Part shown: piece after piece, positions 1 to 10,540 of the stretch | How the letters are laid out: each line of letters starts with the position of its first letter | Numbering within the stretch: position 1 is the stretch's first letter | Assembly (NCBI GenBank): GCA_947625575.1 | Contig: CANQOV010000003.1 | Span: 1-61,007 of the forward strand | Source: an uncultured Bacilli bacterium | GTDB taxonomy: Bacteria > Bacillota_I > Bacilli_A > RF39 > UBA660 | DNA: 61,007 nucleotides | Direction of reading: 5' to 3' | Made by a program: the position numbers and the translations under genes | Notes under the pieces: model-generated | Database searches by the model: none | The model's input: only the letters and a program-made list of their open reading frames with translations | Told to the model about the DNA's origin: nothing

Positions 1-538
1 TTATGTATATTTTTATTTTATCTGTCAATATTGTCCCATCACTTTTATCTACTAATTGGAAATCTCTTATTGACTTTGTATTCCCTTCAAAATTATAATT
101 TATTATGTTTATTAAGGTTGTACTTTTAAAGTCATATTTCTCATTTGTTTTGATATTTCCTCTAAAAACTCTAAAGATATAATCATTATTCCTTTCTAAA
201 GATACTATTAAGGCTTGATTATTCATCTCTATTACTATATATCTATCATTTACTTCCACAATCAAATCTACTCTTTGACTTTTTTCTTTATACTTTTCTT
301 TATCTATATCATTTTTGACATATCTTATGGCTTTTGTTATTTCTTCAACATCTTTATTTATTATATCTTTTAAAAAGTATGCTAAATATTCTTTATGATT
401 TTCATTATCTAACATTATTTTAAACATTACATCTGATGTTAAAGGTAATATGTTTTCTGATATTTTTTGTAAGTTTCTCTCCTTTTCATTTTCTATTATT
501 TTCTTGTTTAATAATACTTCATCATTTTGTTTTAACAT
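1..538 (-). CDS. Rpn-family / PD-(D/E)XK nuclease-like protein, 3' end runs off the window
   Basis: Not in the ORF track because it has no stop inside the window. Manual translation from ATG 538 (RBS GAGGAG) gives MLKQNDEV...LPLTSDVMFKIML...RVDLIVEVNDRYIVIEMNNQ..., which has the SDxxFK and D-x-x-V...IEM motifs of the PDDEXK_2/Rpn family. Confidence 0.8.
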   Translation of the reverse strand, partial: MLKQNDEVLLNKKIIENEKERNLQKISENILPLTSDVMFKIMLDNENHKEYLAYFLKDIINKDVEEITKAIRYVKNDIDKEKYKEKSQRVDLIVEVNDRYIVIEMNNQALIVSLERNNDYIFRVFRGNIKTNEKYDFKSTTLINIINYNFEGNTKSIRDFQLVDKSDGTILTDKIKIYI

Positions 539-702
539 ATATTAGTCTCCTCTTATTTTTAATAAATTTTTTTGCTTTTGATCAAGAGCAAGTTCAATTT
601 AACACATTAAAAATATTAAGACAAACCACCAATTTTAAGATTTCATAGAAAAAGTATATTAAAAAACTTATTTTCATCTATATAAAATTAAAAATTAACA
701 TT

Positions 703-738
703 AAAAAACACCTAAAAATGTTATTTTAGGCATTTTTT
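703..738. terminator. Intrinsic terminator after pilD
   Basis: Stem CCTAAAA/TTTTAGG flanked by A and T tracts. Confidence 0.6.
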
Positions 739-757
739 ATATTTTTTTTAATTTTTT

Positions 758-1525
758 TTAAATTGTTGGGAATAGAAAATTATATAGAGATGTTGGCTCT
801 ATATTTAATAGGAGTAATATTAAGAAAGCTATTATTAAAAAAGGACCAAATGGAATTATTTTATCTTTCTTTTTAAAGTAAAAGTATCCTGATATTGGTA
901 AAGCTATAAAACATGCTAAAGCTATGGCAAAGAAAGATGTTATTAATGGTTGTGTTAAACCTAAAGCAAATAATAGTTTTATGTCTCCTCCTCCTAAAGA
1001 CTCTTGTTTAAATAATAGATTTCCTATTTTCATTAGTAAATACATAAATAAAAACATTATTAATCCATATATTAAATATTTGTAGGAAGTTGTCCCAAAA
1101 CGAAAAGCATTTATTATTAAGATAACTATTGAATAAAATATTGTTATTTCATCAGGGATTATATAATAGTTTAAATCTGTTACTACTACTATTACAAAAA
1201 ATGTTGATAAAACAATTGCTAATACTAAATTCCAAGAAAAACCTAAAACATAGTAACTTATCATAAATAATACTGCTGTTAATATTTCATTTATGGGATA
1301 GAATACAGATATTTTTTCTTTGCAATGTTTACATCTACCTTTTTGAATTAAATAAGAAAAAACTGGGATTAGTTCTATTGGACTAAGGGTATGATTACAA
1401 TTTGGGCAATGACTTCTTGGGTATATTATTGACTCATTTTTACTTCTTCGAAAAGCGACAACATTACAAAAAGAGCCTATTATTAAACCAAAGATAAAGA
1501 ATAGTATTAAGTATAGCGTATTCAT
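758..1525 (-). CDS. pilD: Prepilin peptidase (ComC/PilD, A24)
   Basis: GSFCNVV, PRSHCPNC...CKHC zinc motif, GGGDIKL, IPFGPFL, multiple transmembrane segments. Confidence 0.95.
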   Translation of the reverse strand: MNTLYLILFFIFGLIIGSFCNVVAFRRSKNESIIYPRSHCPNCNHTLSPIELIPVFSYLIQKGRCKHCKEKISVFYPINEILTAVLFMISYYVLGFSWNLVLAIVLSTFFVIVVVTDLNYYIIPDEITIFYSIVILIINAFRFGTTSYKYLIYGLIMFLFMYLLMKIGNLLFKQESLGGGDIKLLFALGLTQPLITSFFAIALACFIALPISGYFYFKKKDKIIPFGPFLIIAFLILLLLNIEPTSLYNFLFPTI

Positions 1526-1526
1526 T

Positions 1527-2774
1527 TTAATATCCTATCTGTGAATAAAAACTAAACATTGGAATTACTATTGATAAGACTACTACCCCTACAATTGTGG
1601 CTAAAAAAACAATCATTATTGGCTCGATAAAAGTATTTAGTCTTTTAACATAATTTGAGTGTAATGTCCCATAATATTTGGCTACATAATCCATCATCGT
1701 TCCTAGTTTTCCTGTGTTTTCTCCAGTTTGTAACATTTCATATGCCGCAGTTGGAAATGCCCATTTATTTCTAAATGAATCACTTATTTTTGATCCTTTG
1801 GATAATGATTCTAAAGAATCTTTTATTATTTCTTTAAATACTTCATTAGTTGATATGTTTTCTAAAATTGACATTGAATCAGTTATAAAGACTTCATGAT
1901 TTAACAAGGAAGCAAAAGTTTTGGTAAACATATATACTTCTTTATATATAATCATTTTGCCTATTATTGGTAGTCTCATATAGATAGTTTGCATTGTTTT
2001 TCTAAATGTTTTGATATTTTTATAACAATAGTGATATGTAATTGTTACTAATAAAATAATTAATATTATTAATAAAATATTTTTTGATAAAAAATTAGAA
2101 GTTGAAATTACAAATCTAGTAAGTGCTGGTATTTCAGCATTGTTTTGTTTAAATAATCCTACAAATTCAGGAATTATATATATTAAAATGAAAGTAAATA
2201 CTATTATAGAAAATATAAATATGATAGCAGGATATGTTAAGGCATTTATGACATCTTTGTGGGTTTTATCTATTGATGTATAGTAATTTGCCATATCATC
2301 TAATATTTCTACTAAATCTCCAGTTAGTTCTGATGTTTTAACCATGTTTATGAGCAATTTTGGAAATACATCTTTTTGTTTAGCTAAAGCTTGAGAAAAT
2401 GGCTCCCCTTTTGTTAATTCATAGATTAAATTCATGAATATTAATTGATCATCTTTTTTAGCTGCTTGACGTTGTAATATTCTTACTGCGTCAATTAAGG
2501 GGATACCTGCTTTTAGGTAAGCTGATAGCTGGGTTAACATAAATGATAATGAAGCTGCGTCTTTAGTTTTTTTACCTATTTCCATGTATAAAAATTCATT
2601 TTCTTTGGTTATTTTTTCTACTTGTAAACCCTCATTTTCTAAAAATGTTTTTGTTTCATCAAGATTATAGCTATCTATTCTTCCTTTTACTTTTGTTCCT
2701 TGTGGGGTTGTTGCAAGATAAGAATATCGAACTTTTTTTGCTTTTTCTTCGTTTGTTTTTTTAGGTTTTGCCAT
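1527..2774 (-). CDS. pilC: Type IV pilus / T2SS F-family platform protein (PilC/ComGB)
   Basis: QLSAYLKAGIPL, GELTGDL-type and GENTGKL repeats, EPIMIVFLA, three transmembrane segments. Confidence 0.93.
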   Translation of the reverse strand: MAKPKKTNEEKAKKVRYSYLATTPQGTKVKGRIDSYNLDETKTFLENEGLQVEKITKENEFLYMEIGKKTKDAASLSFMLTQLSAYLKAGIPLIDAVRILQRQAAKKDDQLIFMNLIYELTKGEPFSQALAKQKDVFPKLLINMVKTSELTGDLVEILDDMANYYTSIDKTHKDVINALTYPAIIFIFSIIVFTFILIYIIPEFVGLFKQNNAEIPALTRFVISTSNFLSKNILLIILIILLVTITYHYCYKNIKTFRKTMQTIYMRLPIIGKMIIYKEVYMFTKTFASLLNHEVFITDSMSILENISTNEVFKEIIKDSLESLSKGSKISDSFRNKWAFPTAAYEMLQTGENTGKLGTMMDYVAKYYGTLHSNYVKRLNTFIEPIMIVFLATIVGVVVLSIVIPMFSFYSQIGY

Positions 2775-2840
2775 AAGTATCCCCTCCTATTTTCATTTAT
2801 ATTGTATCTTATTTTTTTAGAGTTTGCAATAAATTACTGT

Positions 2841-2867
2841 ACAATTATCTTGGGTTTGCATAAACTA
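2841..2867 (+). promoter_or_regulatory. Sigma-K-type promoter upstream of the yqfQ-like gene
   Basis: AC (2841-2842), 16 nt, CATAaacTA (2859-2867) matches the B. subtilis SigK consensus AC-16/17-CATAnnnTA. Confidence 0.45.
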
Positions 2868-2885
2868 CCAATAGGAGGTAAGGTT

Positions 2886-3311
2886 ATGAACGGTTATTTT
2901 AATTATCCACCTTATTACGTGATGAATTCTATCCCGGTTGCAAGAAGTGTTAGTCCACTTACAAGACTTGGCAATTTGTTTAGGGGTGGAGGCGCATTAG
3001 GTAGTAGTGCTGGTAGTGCAATTGGTACGGCTGCTAGTGCAGGAAGAACTGGTATTACTTTTTCTGGTATTTTAAACGGTGCTAGTAAGACTTTGGGTGT
3101 TATAAATCAAGCTATTCCAGTTTTTTATCAGGTTAAACCTATCTGGAATAATGCTAAAACAATGTTTAGAGTTATGAAAGAAGTAAATAGTGATAGTAAA
3201 TCTAGTTATAGAACTGATAATAGTGAAAAGCCTTTAGATAAAGATGTTACTATTACTCATGTTCAAAACAGTAGTTCTTCTAACGGGGTTGGTCCTACCT
3301 TTTTTGCCTAG
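2886..3311 (+). CDS. VrrA/YqfQ family protein (sporulation-associated)
   Basis: Start moved to ATG 2886 (RBS GGAGGT). Gly/Ser-rich N-terminal region, then ILNGASKTLGVINQAIPVFYQVKPIWNNAKTMFRVMK, typical of YqfQ. Lies near trmK/sigA as in Bacillus. Confidence 0.7.
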   Translation: MNGYFNYPPYYVMNSIPVARSVSPLTRLGNLFRGGGALGSSAGSAIGTAASAGRTGITFSGILNGASKTLGVINQAIPVFYQVKPIWNNAKTMFRVMKEVNSDSKSSYRTDNSEKPLDKDVTITHVQNSSSSNGVGPTFFA

Positions 3312-3356
3312 AAAAAAGATCAGATTATTTTTTTTAGATATCTGATCTCTTTTTTT
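3312..3356. terminator. Bidirectional terminator between convergent yqfQ and trmK
   Basis: AGATCAGAT/ATCTGATCT stem with A and T tracts. Confidence 0.7.
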
Positions 3357-3976
3357 AATTTTAAACGTTGTTTTAGTTTTGATGTTGGTAGCATTTTTAA
3401 AATGTTTTCTTTTTTCTTTAACAGATAATTATAGTAATCTATGGTGTTATTATCTTGTTTTTTTCTTAAGATAGGACCATATTTATAATCTTTTTTTGTA
3501 TAATGTTTTCTTTTTTTATTTACTTTTATTATTATGTAATATTTTTTATTTTCTTTTATTACTTCTTCATCAGTTATATGATAGTTTAGATTGCAAAGAT
3601 GTCTTCTTAATAATTCATAATCATTATTACTAGCAGTTATTATGGTTTCTATTTTAGATAGTTTTTCTTTTTTCAAGATATTTATTATAGTATTGCTACC
3701 CATACCCGCTAAAACAAGGGTGTTAACATCTTGTGGCATATTATTTAAACCGTCACTTTGATAAAGAGTGATTTTGTTTTCTAAGTTGTATTTTTTTATG
3801 TTTTCTTTAGCAAATTTTAGTGGCTTAGCTTTAATATCTTGAGCATAGATTTTCATGTTGGGATTATTAAGAGCTAAATAAATGTCTAATAAGGCATGAT
3901 CACAGCCAACATCTAGGATAATAGCATTACTAGGTATTAATGATGCTATTGTTTTTAAACGATTAGAGATATTCAT
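3320..3976 (-). CDS. trmK: tRNA (adenine22-N1)-methyltransferase
   Basis: SNRLKTIASL, DVGCDHALL, LAGMGS; directly downstream of sigA. Confidence 0.93.
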   Translation of the reverse strand: MNISNRLKTIASLIPSNAIILDVGCDHALLDIYLALNNPNMKIYAQDIKAKPLKFAKENIKKYNLENKITLYQSDGLNNMPQDVNTLVLAGMGSNTIINILKKEKLSKIETIITASNNDYELLRRHLCNLNYHITDEEVIKENKKYYIIIKVNKKRKHYTKKDYKYGPILRKKQDNNTIDYYNYLLKKKENILKMLPTSKLKQRLKLKKEIRYLKKII

Positions 3977-5073
3977 TAGTCTGTTAGAAAGTCTTTTAAT
4001 TTTTTACTTCTTGATGGATGTCTCATTTTTCTTAAAGCTTTGGCTTCAATTTGTCTTATTCTTTCTCTTGTAACACCAAATATTTGACCAACTTCTTCAA
4101 GGGTGCGACATTGACCGTCTTCAAGACCAAATCTTAATCTTAGTACTTTCTCTTCCCTTTCAGTTAATGTTAATAATACATTATCTAATTCTTCTTTTAA
4201 TAATTCAGAAGTAGCATATTCTTCAGGAGACATTGTTCTTTCATCTGGGACAAAATCTCCTAAGTGAGAATCATCTTCTTCGCCAATTGGGGTCTCTAAT
4301 GATACTGGATCTTGAGCTATTTTTAATACTTCACGAACTTTTTCTGGAGTTGTGCCTAATTTTTTAGCAAGTTCTTCTTCAGTTGGCTCTCTATTTAACT
4401 CTTGTGTTAGTTGTCTTTGAACACGAGATAATTTATTTATGGTTTCAACCATGTGAACTGGAACACGAATTGTTCTTGCTTGATCGGCAATAGCACGAGT
4501 TATAGCTTGTCTTATCCACCAAGTTGCATAGGTAGAAAATTTATACCCTTTATTAGGATTAAATTTATCTACTGCTTTCATAAGTCCCATGTTTCCTTCT
4601 TGGATTAAGTCTAGGAAAGCCATACCACGACCAACATATCTTTTAGCAATTGATACTACTAAACGAAGATTGGATTCTGCTAGAACTCTTTTGGCTTCAG
4701 GATCATCTTCTTCAGCACGCAAAGCATATTCAAATTCTTCATCAGCAGTTAAAAGATTTATACGACCTATTTCTTTTAAATACATCCTAACAGGATCATT
4801 TATTTTAATATCTTTGTTGGAAGCTATATCATCAAATAAAGAATTTTGATCATCACTATCATCTTCTTCTTCATCTTGAGTTATTATTTCAATATTGTTT
4901 TGGACAAACATATTGTATAAATCATCTAAAGCATCATTATCAGGATCAATTCCTTTTAAATGTTCGGCAATTTCTTCAAATGTTATTTTACCAGTTTTTT
5001 TACCTTTTTCTAATAATTCTTTTTTTCGTTCTTCAAATGTTTTAATTTCATTAATCATTTTATTCAACTCCAA
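3976..5073 (-). CDS. rpoD: Primary sigma factor SigA/RpoD
   Basis: [60 protein letters not shown]. Confidence 0.99.
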   Translation of the reverse strand: MELNKMINEIKTFEERKKELLEKGKKTGKITFEEIAEHLKGIDPDNDALDDLYNMFVQNNIEIITQDEEEDDSDDQNSLFDDIASNKDIKINDPVRMYLKEIGRINLLTADEEFEYALRAEEDDPEAKRVLAESNLRLVVSIAKRYVGRGMAFLDLIQEGNMGLMKAVDKFNPNKGYKFSTYATWWIRQAITRAIADQARTIRVPVHMVETINKLSRVQRQLTQELNREPTEEELAKKLGTTPEKVREVLKIAQDPVSLETPIGEEDDSHLGDFVPDERTMSPEEYATSELLKEELDNVLLTLTEREEKVLRLRFGLEDGQCRTLEEVGQIFGVTRERIRQIEAKALRKMRHPSRSKKLKDFLTD

Positions 5074-6778
5074 TTTTACATTTCCTTATTTCTTCGCTTA
5101 TCATTGCTTTTTTTATTGGATCTTGTTCATTTGACATTTTCTCTTTTAGTCTTGTTATTCTTTCTTTATTTTCATATCCTTTTATTACAGCAATGTAATC
5201 TAAAATAGTTGTTTCGTCAATATTATAATCAAAATCACTATTTATAATACTTTTTAAATATTCTTCCAATTCTTTTTTATCATTTAAAGAAGTAAAGAAA
5301 TCAGCAAGTGATAAAGTATCATGTAAATGGTAATAATGAATTATTTCATTGGCTAAATATCTAGCAATAGAAGATGGTAAATAATTAAGATTTTTTTCAT
5401 ATATTTTACTTATTTTTTTACTATTTAACATAGCATTTAAAATAACTTCTGTCGCTTTTTGATATTTGTTTATTGTCTTTATTTCGCTCTTTGGTGTTTT
5501 TATCGAGTTAATTTTACTATATTTTTCGTTATTTTGCAACTTATTTTTTAAAATTTCTATATCTATTTTGAACTCAAAAGATAATTTTTGCAATAATAAT
5601 TGTTGTTTTATAACGTCTTGTTCGTTAGAAACTTCTTTTATTGCCTCATTTAAATAAGCAGTTTGTTCATCAATTGAAGTTAGGGTTTTACCATCTTTTA
5701 AATATGATAATTTATAATCGGAAAAATCTATTGGGTACTGTAATAGTGATAAGTAATCATCTTTTCCATATTTTATGATGTATTCATCTGGATCTAAATC
5801 TTCTTTTAATAGAACAACACTTACTTTAAAGTTTTCTTCTTCTAATTTTTTACCTACAGTAAACATACCATGTCTTCCAGCATTATCAGAATCTAGACAA
5901 AGATAAATATTATTAGATAAACGTTTTAATAAAGTGATATGTTCTTTGGTCAGTGATGTTCCCATTAAAGCAACAGTATTATATATACCAATAGAAGCAA
6001 GACGTATTACGTCCATAAATCCTTCAACAATTATGACGTATTTTTTATCTCTTACATATTCTTTTGATTCGTAGTAATGAAATAATAAATTTCCCTTAGT
6101 AAAGATTGGTGTTTCTTTGGTATTAATGTATTTTGAATCGCTTTTAGCACGATAGATTCTTCCTGAAAAACCTACTACTTTTCCTGTTATATCAAAAAGA
6201 GGAAACATAATACGATCCATAAATATATCAGTTGTACCATTGCCTAGGCCATATTGTTCCATTTCTTTTAAAGTATAACCTTTTTGTAATAATATTTTTG
6301 TTAGATATTCTTTATCTTTTAAAGCTAATCCTATTTTAAATGTTTTTATTAATTCTTCGTTTATTTTTCTTTTTTCTAAATATTCTTTTGCTTCTTTAGC
6401 ATAAGTTGAATTTAAATTATTTTGATACAATTTTAAAGCAATTTCATACATTTCATAATATTTTTCATATTTATTATTATTTTTAACTTTTATATTATTA
6501 ATAGCTATGCCACTTTTTTTGGCTAATATTTCTAAAGCTTGTCGAAAGTCAACTTTTTCATAATCCATTACAAAATTAAAGACATTACCACTGGCACCAC
6601 AAGAAAAACATTTATATATTTGCTTTTCTTTAGATACACTCATACTAGGATTGGTATCATCATGGAAAGGACAGATGCCAAAATAATTTTTACCTTTTTT
6701 CTCAAGTGGCATATAAGAAGTTATTACTTCTACTATATCGTTTGCTTGTCTTACTTTATTTATTAGGTCATTTTCCAT
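5060..6778 (-). CDS. dnaG: DNA primase
   Basis: CPFHDD...CFSC zinc finger, [27 protein letters not shown]. Confidence 0.98.
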   Translation of the reverse strand: MENDLINKVRQANDIVEVITSYMPLEKKGKNYFGICPFHDDTNPSMSVSKEKQIYKCFSCGASGNVFNFVMDYEKVDFRQALEILAKKSGIAINNIKVKNNNKYEKYYEMYEIALKLYQNNLNSTYAKEAKEYLEKRKINEELIKTFKIGLALKDKEYLTKILLQKGYTLKEMEQYGLGNGTTDIFMDRIMFPLFDITGKVVGFSGRIYRAKSDSKYINTKETPIFTKGNLLFHYYESKEYVRDKKYVIIVEGFMDVIRLASIGIYNTVALMGTSLTKEHITLLKRLSNNIYLCLDSDNAGRHGMFTVGKKLEEENFKVSVVLLKEDLDPDEYIIKYGKDDYLSLLQYPIDFSDYKLSYLKDGKTLTSIDEQTAYLNEAIKEVSNEQDVIKQQLLLQKLSFEFKIDIEILKNKLQNNEKYSKINSIKTPKSEIKTINKYQKATEVILNAMLNSKKISKIYEKNLNYLPSSIARYLANEIIHYYHLHDTLSLADFFTSLNDKKELEEYLKSIINSDFDYNIDETTILDYIAVIKGYENKERITRLKEKMSNEQDPIKKAMISEEIRKCKIGVE

Positions 6779-6851
6779 TTTACTACTTCCTTTTTTAGAA
6801 ATCTTTAGTATATATTATACAATAAAACACATATTATTAATAGGTGATATT

Positions 6852-7373
6852 GTGAAAAAATATTTTAAAATTATTTTACTATATTCTATTATTGTTTTTG
6901 TTATTAGCAGTTTAATACACTCTTTTTATGAAATGCTTCCTAATGGTGTTACTTTAATATTTTTCCCTGTTAATGAATCTATTTGGGAACATATGAAAAT
7001 GATTTTTTCTTCTTATGTTTTGTTTACAATTGGAAAAACTATCTTATTTAATAAAAAGACTATTCTTTTGGATATTTTAACTGCTTATACTAATATTATT
7101 GTCTTTTTAATTTTATATTTACCTATTTATTATATTTTTAAAGAAAATATGATAGTAACTTTATCGATATATTTTATTTCTATTGTTATAAGTTTTATAA
7201 TAAGGTTTATTGTTAAGAAAAAACTTAAAGTTAGTGAAAAAATTGATAATTTAAGTTTTATTTTAATAATTGTTACTTATATTTTATTTACTTATCTTAC
7301 CTATTATCCTATTAATGCAGATATTTTTATTGATCATGTTAATAAAAAGATTGGTGTTTATAAAATAAGATAA
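6852..7373 (+). CDS. DUF6512-like membrane protein
   Basis: FFPVNESIWEHMKMIF motif; several transmembrane helices; GTG start with RBS AGGTGA. Confidence 0.7.
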   Translation: MKKYFKIILLYSIIVFVISSLIHSFYEMLPNGVTLIFFPVNESIWEHMKMIFSSYVLFTIGKTILFNKKTILLDILTAYTNIIVFLILYLPIYYIFKENMIVTLSIYFISIVISFIIRFIVKKKLKVSEKIDNLSFILIIVTYILFTYLTYYPINADIFIDHVNKKIGVYKIR

Positions 7374-7380
7374 AAAATCA

Positions 7381-8388
7381 CTAGATAAGTGATTTTCTTT
7401 TAAACATTTCAATATCTTTGTTGGCATAGATATTTATTTGTGAGGGTAACATTGTTTTAATAAAACCTAGACCATTGATAACTATATCTTCTTTAAAGCC
7501 AATGTTCATTGTTCTTTTTGGCTCTTCTTTTAAAGATTTATTCCATTTAGAAAAAACTTTTTTTACTTTTAAATCATTGGATATGAAGATAGTGTAACTA
7601 TTGTAATCTTTATTGTATTCTATTGGATAATCTATTCTTATTAAGTTTTCAATTATTAAGCTATCATTTGGTCTTAATTGGTATGTTCTTGGTCTTATTG
7701 GCTTTGCTGGCAAGACTTTTTTGATTAGTTTGTTGGGTATAAAGTTTAAGATGTTACCATAATCGACAAAACCCGGGGTATCAATAATTGTGAAGTCTTT
7801 TAATGAAATTTTGATTTCATTTAAAGTAGTTGTTGGCATGTATGATGTTGTTAGTTCTATTTTTTCATTAGAATATTTTTCAATTAATAGATTTAGTAAA
7901 GTTGATTTACCTGCGTTAGTGGAGCCAATTACATAGACATTTTGATAAGTGCGATGTTTTTTTATTTCTTTCATTAATTCATCTAGATTATAATTTTCTT
8001 TTGATGATGTTACTACAATTGATGAAAAGTTAAGATTTAAACTTTCAAAGTATTCAATTAATTTTTTATCTGTTATGCTATTTTTTAATGAATCTATTTT
8101 GTTTAAAACTAAAATAACTTTGTTTTGTGTTAAAACATTTCTTATTTCTTCTAGATTACTTGGAATAGATAGTACGTCGACAACAAATAAAACTAGTGAT
8201 TTGGTGTTTTTGATATTATTTAAAATATCCATGTATTCTAGTGTTGTATTAGCAGTGGTGTATTCGCCATAATTACGCATTTTAAAACAACGCATACATA
8301 AAGTTTTAGTTAAATCTTTGGTGTATCCGTCTTTGGCCGGATCAGTATCTTGTAATTCTATACCACAACCTATACATTTTTTACTCAT
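7381..8388 (-). CDS. yqeH: Ribosome biogenesis GTPase YqeH
   Basis: CIGCG...CMRC zinc finger, NKID, GSTNAGKS, DTPG in circularly permuted order; next to yqeG. Confidence 0.95.
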   Translation of the reverse strand: MSKKCIGCGIELQDTDPAKDGYTKDLTKTLCMRCFKMRNYGEYTTANTTLEYMDILNNIKNTKSLVLFVVDVLSIPSNLEEIRNVLTQNKVILVLNKIDSLKNSITDKKLIEYFESLNLNFSSIVVTSSKENYNLDELMKEIKKHRTYQNVYVIGSTNAGKSTLLNLLIEKYSNEKIELTTSYMPTTTLNEIKISLKDFTIIDTPGFVDYGNILNFIPNKLIKKVLPAKPIRPRTYQLRPNDSLIIENLIRIDYPIEYNKDYNSYTIFISNDLKVKKVFSKWNKSLKEEPKRTMNIGFKEDIVINGLGFIKTMLPSQINIYANKDIEMFKRKSLI

Positions 8389-8878
8389 AATAATCTCCTC
8401 TTTTTAATTTATTTTTTTTGAATATTAATTTTTCAATTTGTCTATTTATGGCTGTTATTTTTTCTATATCTTTTATTTGGTAATCAACAAGAATAGAATA
8501 AAATTTATTTCTTTTAGCTAAGGCTATATCTGTTAGTAGTTGATCTCCAATTATAGCAATTTGATTTTTAGAATAATTTTTAATATTTTTTATTTTTTTA
8601 AGTCCTGCGTTGGTAGGTTTTAGGGCTTTGGTTATAATTTCTATATCATAATCATTTTTAATTTTAGTTATTCTATTTTTTCTTACGGTATTTGATAAGA
8701 TTACCACTTCAAAATCTTTTTTAAGTTTTGTTAGAAGTGTTTTTGTTTGGCTATTTAATGTATCATGATTTTTATCTATTAAAGTGTTATCTAAATCAAA
8801 TATTAATAATTTTATATTTAGATTTTTTAATAAGTTATATGGTATTGCAAATATATCTTGTTTATACATATCGGGCAT
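8381..8878 (-). CDS. yqeG: YqeG HAD IIIA phosphatase
   Basis: DLDNTL, SN, KP, IGDQLLTDI motifs. Confidence 0.92.
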   Translation of the reverse strand: MPDMYKQDIFAIPYNLLKNLNIKLLIFDLDNTLIDKNHDTLNSQTKTLLTKLKKDFEVVILSNTVRKNRITKIKNDYDIEIITKALKPTNAGLKKIKNIKNYSKNQIAIIGDQLLTDIALAKRNKFYSILVDYQIKDIEKITAINRQIEKLIFKKNKLKRGDYYE

Positions 8879-8951
8879 TAATGATCACCTATTAAGTATT
8901 TTATCAAAATTCAAAAAAAAAGAAAAGTCTATATAATTTAATATGACTAAA

Positions 8952-10460
8952 TTATAATATTCTTTCTCTAACTTTTTTGTTTGGTTTGTTTATTTCATTA
9001 TCTTTAAAATTATCTATATTTATTTTAGGGTGAAAACTTAAAAAATACTTCCCTATTTTATCTTTTTCTAAATTTGGTGCATATATGAATTGCAAAGAAT
9101 TATTAAAGTGTAAGAAAGCTTCTCCTGCTACTTGTAAGCTTGGAAGTATTAGCACTTGCAATGTGTTATTACAAAACAAAAAATTATCTCCTACTACTTG
9201 TAAAATTGCCAAGTTTATAGATTTCAATGAATTATTTAAATGCAAAAAATCATGATTTACAAATTGTAAATTGGGAAGAGTTAGATGCTGTAATGAGTTG
9301 TTACAATATAAGAAACGATTTCCTACTTTTTGTAAGTGTGACAAATTTAGAGATTTCAATGAATTATTAGAATATAAAAAACTATCTCCTGCTACTTGCA
9401 AATTTGGAATAATTAACTCTTGTAATGAGTTGTTACAATATAAGAAATAATCATTTACTTTTTTAACATTATAATTTTCTAATTTTATAATTTGATTATA
9501 TTCATTTAATACTATTTTTACATCTATACCGCCTTTTACTTTTATTATTACTATTTTATCTTTTTCTACTTTTTTTACTTCTATTTTTTCGATATCTTTT
9601 ATAGTGTCAACAAATGAATCAGTATCTTTGCTATTGTACGTTTTTATTGTTTTATTTACTAAATCTAAGATAAAATAATCCATAACTATATATTTTTCTT
9701 TATCATATCTTTTTACTTCATAATTATCTATTATTATATTGTTTGGACAGTAATATATATTATTTATTTTTTGATTATATTTATAATACTTTCCGTCACT
9801 TGCTTTAACATAGCCTTTTAGTTTGACTTTATATTTTTGTTTTAAGCCATATCCTTTTTCAAAACTTTTTGTTAAACCCGGTGTAATATTGTCTAGATTA
9901 TTTGAAAATGTTGAATCCGAATCAGCAACACTGTGATTATATCTATTTTTTATAGATAATGTATTGCAATCATCTTTTTTAAATTGAATACTTAATACAC
10001 TTGTTGCATATTTATCTTGTCTATCTGGGGTTTTATAATCTTCTCGTTTTATTTGGTCTACATCTTTTTTTACGGCAAAGAAAACATGACAATAATCTAA
10101 TATTCCTTTTGCAAAGGTGCCTGCTTTTTCGTATTTTGCATAATATTTTTTAAAACTTTGGATATCTTTTTCTATATGACACTCATATAAATTATATCCT
10201 ATTTCACTTAACAATTCTTCTGGTGTCTTATTGGTTTCTATTTCATCATCTTTTGTTAAACTATAAATATAATCTTTAAATTCTTTTTTCTTGTTTTGTT
10301 TAATAATATCGTCATATAAACTATGATTTGGCTCGAAATTATTAAATAATAAATTTGGTAATAAATCTTTTGTTTCTAATATATCAGAAAAATATTTACA
10401 ACAAAAATTAGCCATTTTTTCTCCATAGTTTTCTTTTATTAATTTTAAATCAGTATCCAT
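8952..10460 (-). CDS. Unknown N-terminal domain plus 22-aa leucine-rich repeats (BspA/TpLRR-like), paralog 1
   Basis: About six C-terminal repeats of type GDxFLYxNNSLxxLxLPNLQxV; no signal peptide; paralog of 10541..11989. Confidence 0.8.
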   Translation of the reverse strand: MDTDLKLIKENYGEKMANFCCKYFSDILETKDLLPNLLFNNFEPNHSLYDDIIKQNKKKEFKDYIYSLTKDDEIETNKTPEELLSEIGYNLYECHIEKDIQSFKKYYAKYEKAGTFAKGILDYCHVFFAVKKDVDQIKREDYKTPDRQDKYATSVLSIQFKKDDCNTLSIKNRYNHSVADSDSTFSNNLDNITPGLTKSFEKGYGLKQKYKVKLKGYVKASDGKYYKYNQKINNIYYCPNNIIIDNYEVKRYDKEKYIVMDYFILDLVNKTIKTYNSKDTDSFVDTIKDIEKIEVKKVEKDKIVIIKVKGGIDVKIVLNEYNQIIKLENYNVKKVNDYFLYCNNSLQELIIPNLQVAGDSFLYSNNSLKSLNLSHLQKVGNRFLYCNNSLQHLTLPNLQFVNHDFLHLNNSLKSINLAILQVVGDNFLFCNNTLQVLILPSLQVAGEAFLHFNNSLQFIYAPNLEKDKIGKYFLSFHPKINIDNFKDNEINKPNKKVRERIL

Positions 10461-10487
10461 AAATGTCTCCTCATCAATTCGGGTTAT

Positions 10488-10517
10488 ATTGTAGCAAAAA
10501 AAAGATTATATTGTCAA
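10488..10517 (-). promoter_or_regulatory. Sigma-A promoter of LRR paralog 1
   Basis: TTGACA-18-TACAAT with extended TG; RBS GAGGAG. Confidence 0.7.
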
Positions 10518-10540
10518 ACATAATAATAGATTTTAGATAA

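Noticed and set aside
436-648. 70-aa plus-strand ORF
   Set aside because: Antisense shadow of the Rpn-like gene start; no RBS; composition mirrors the opposite strand.
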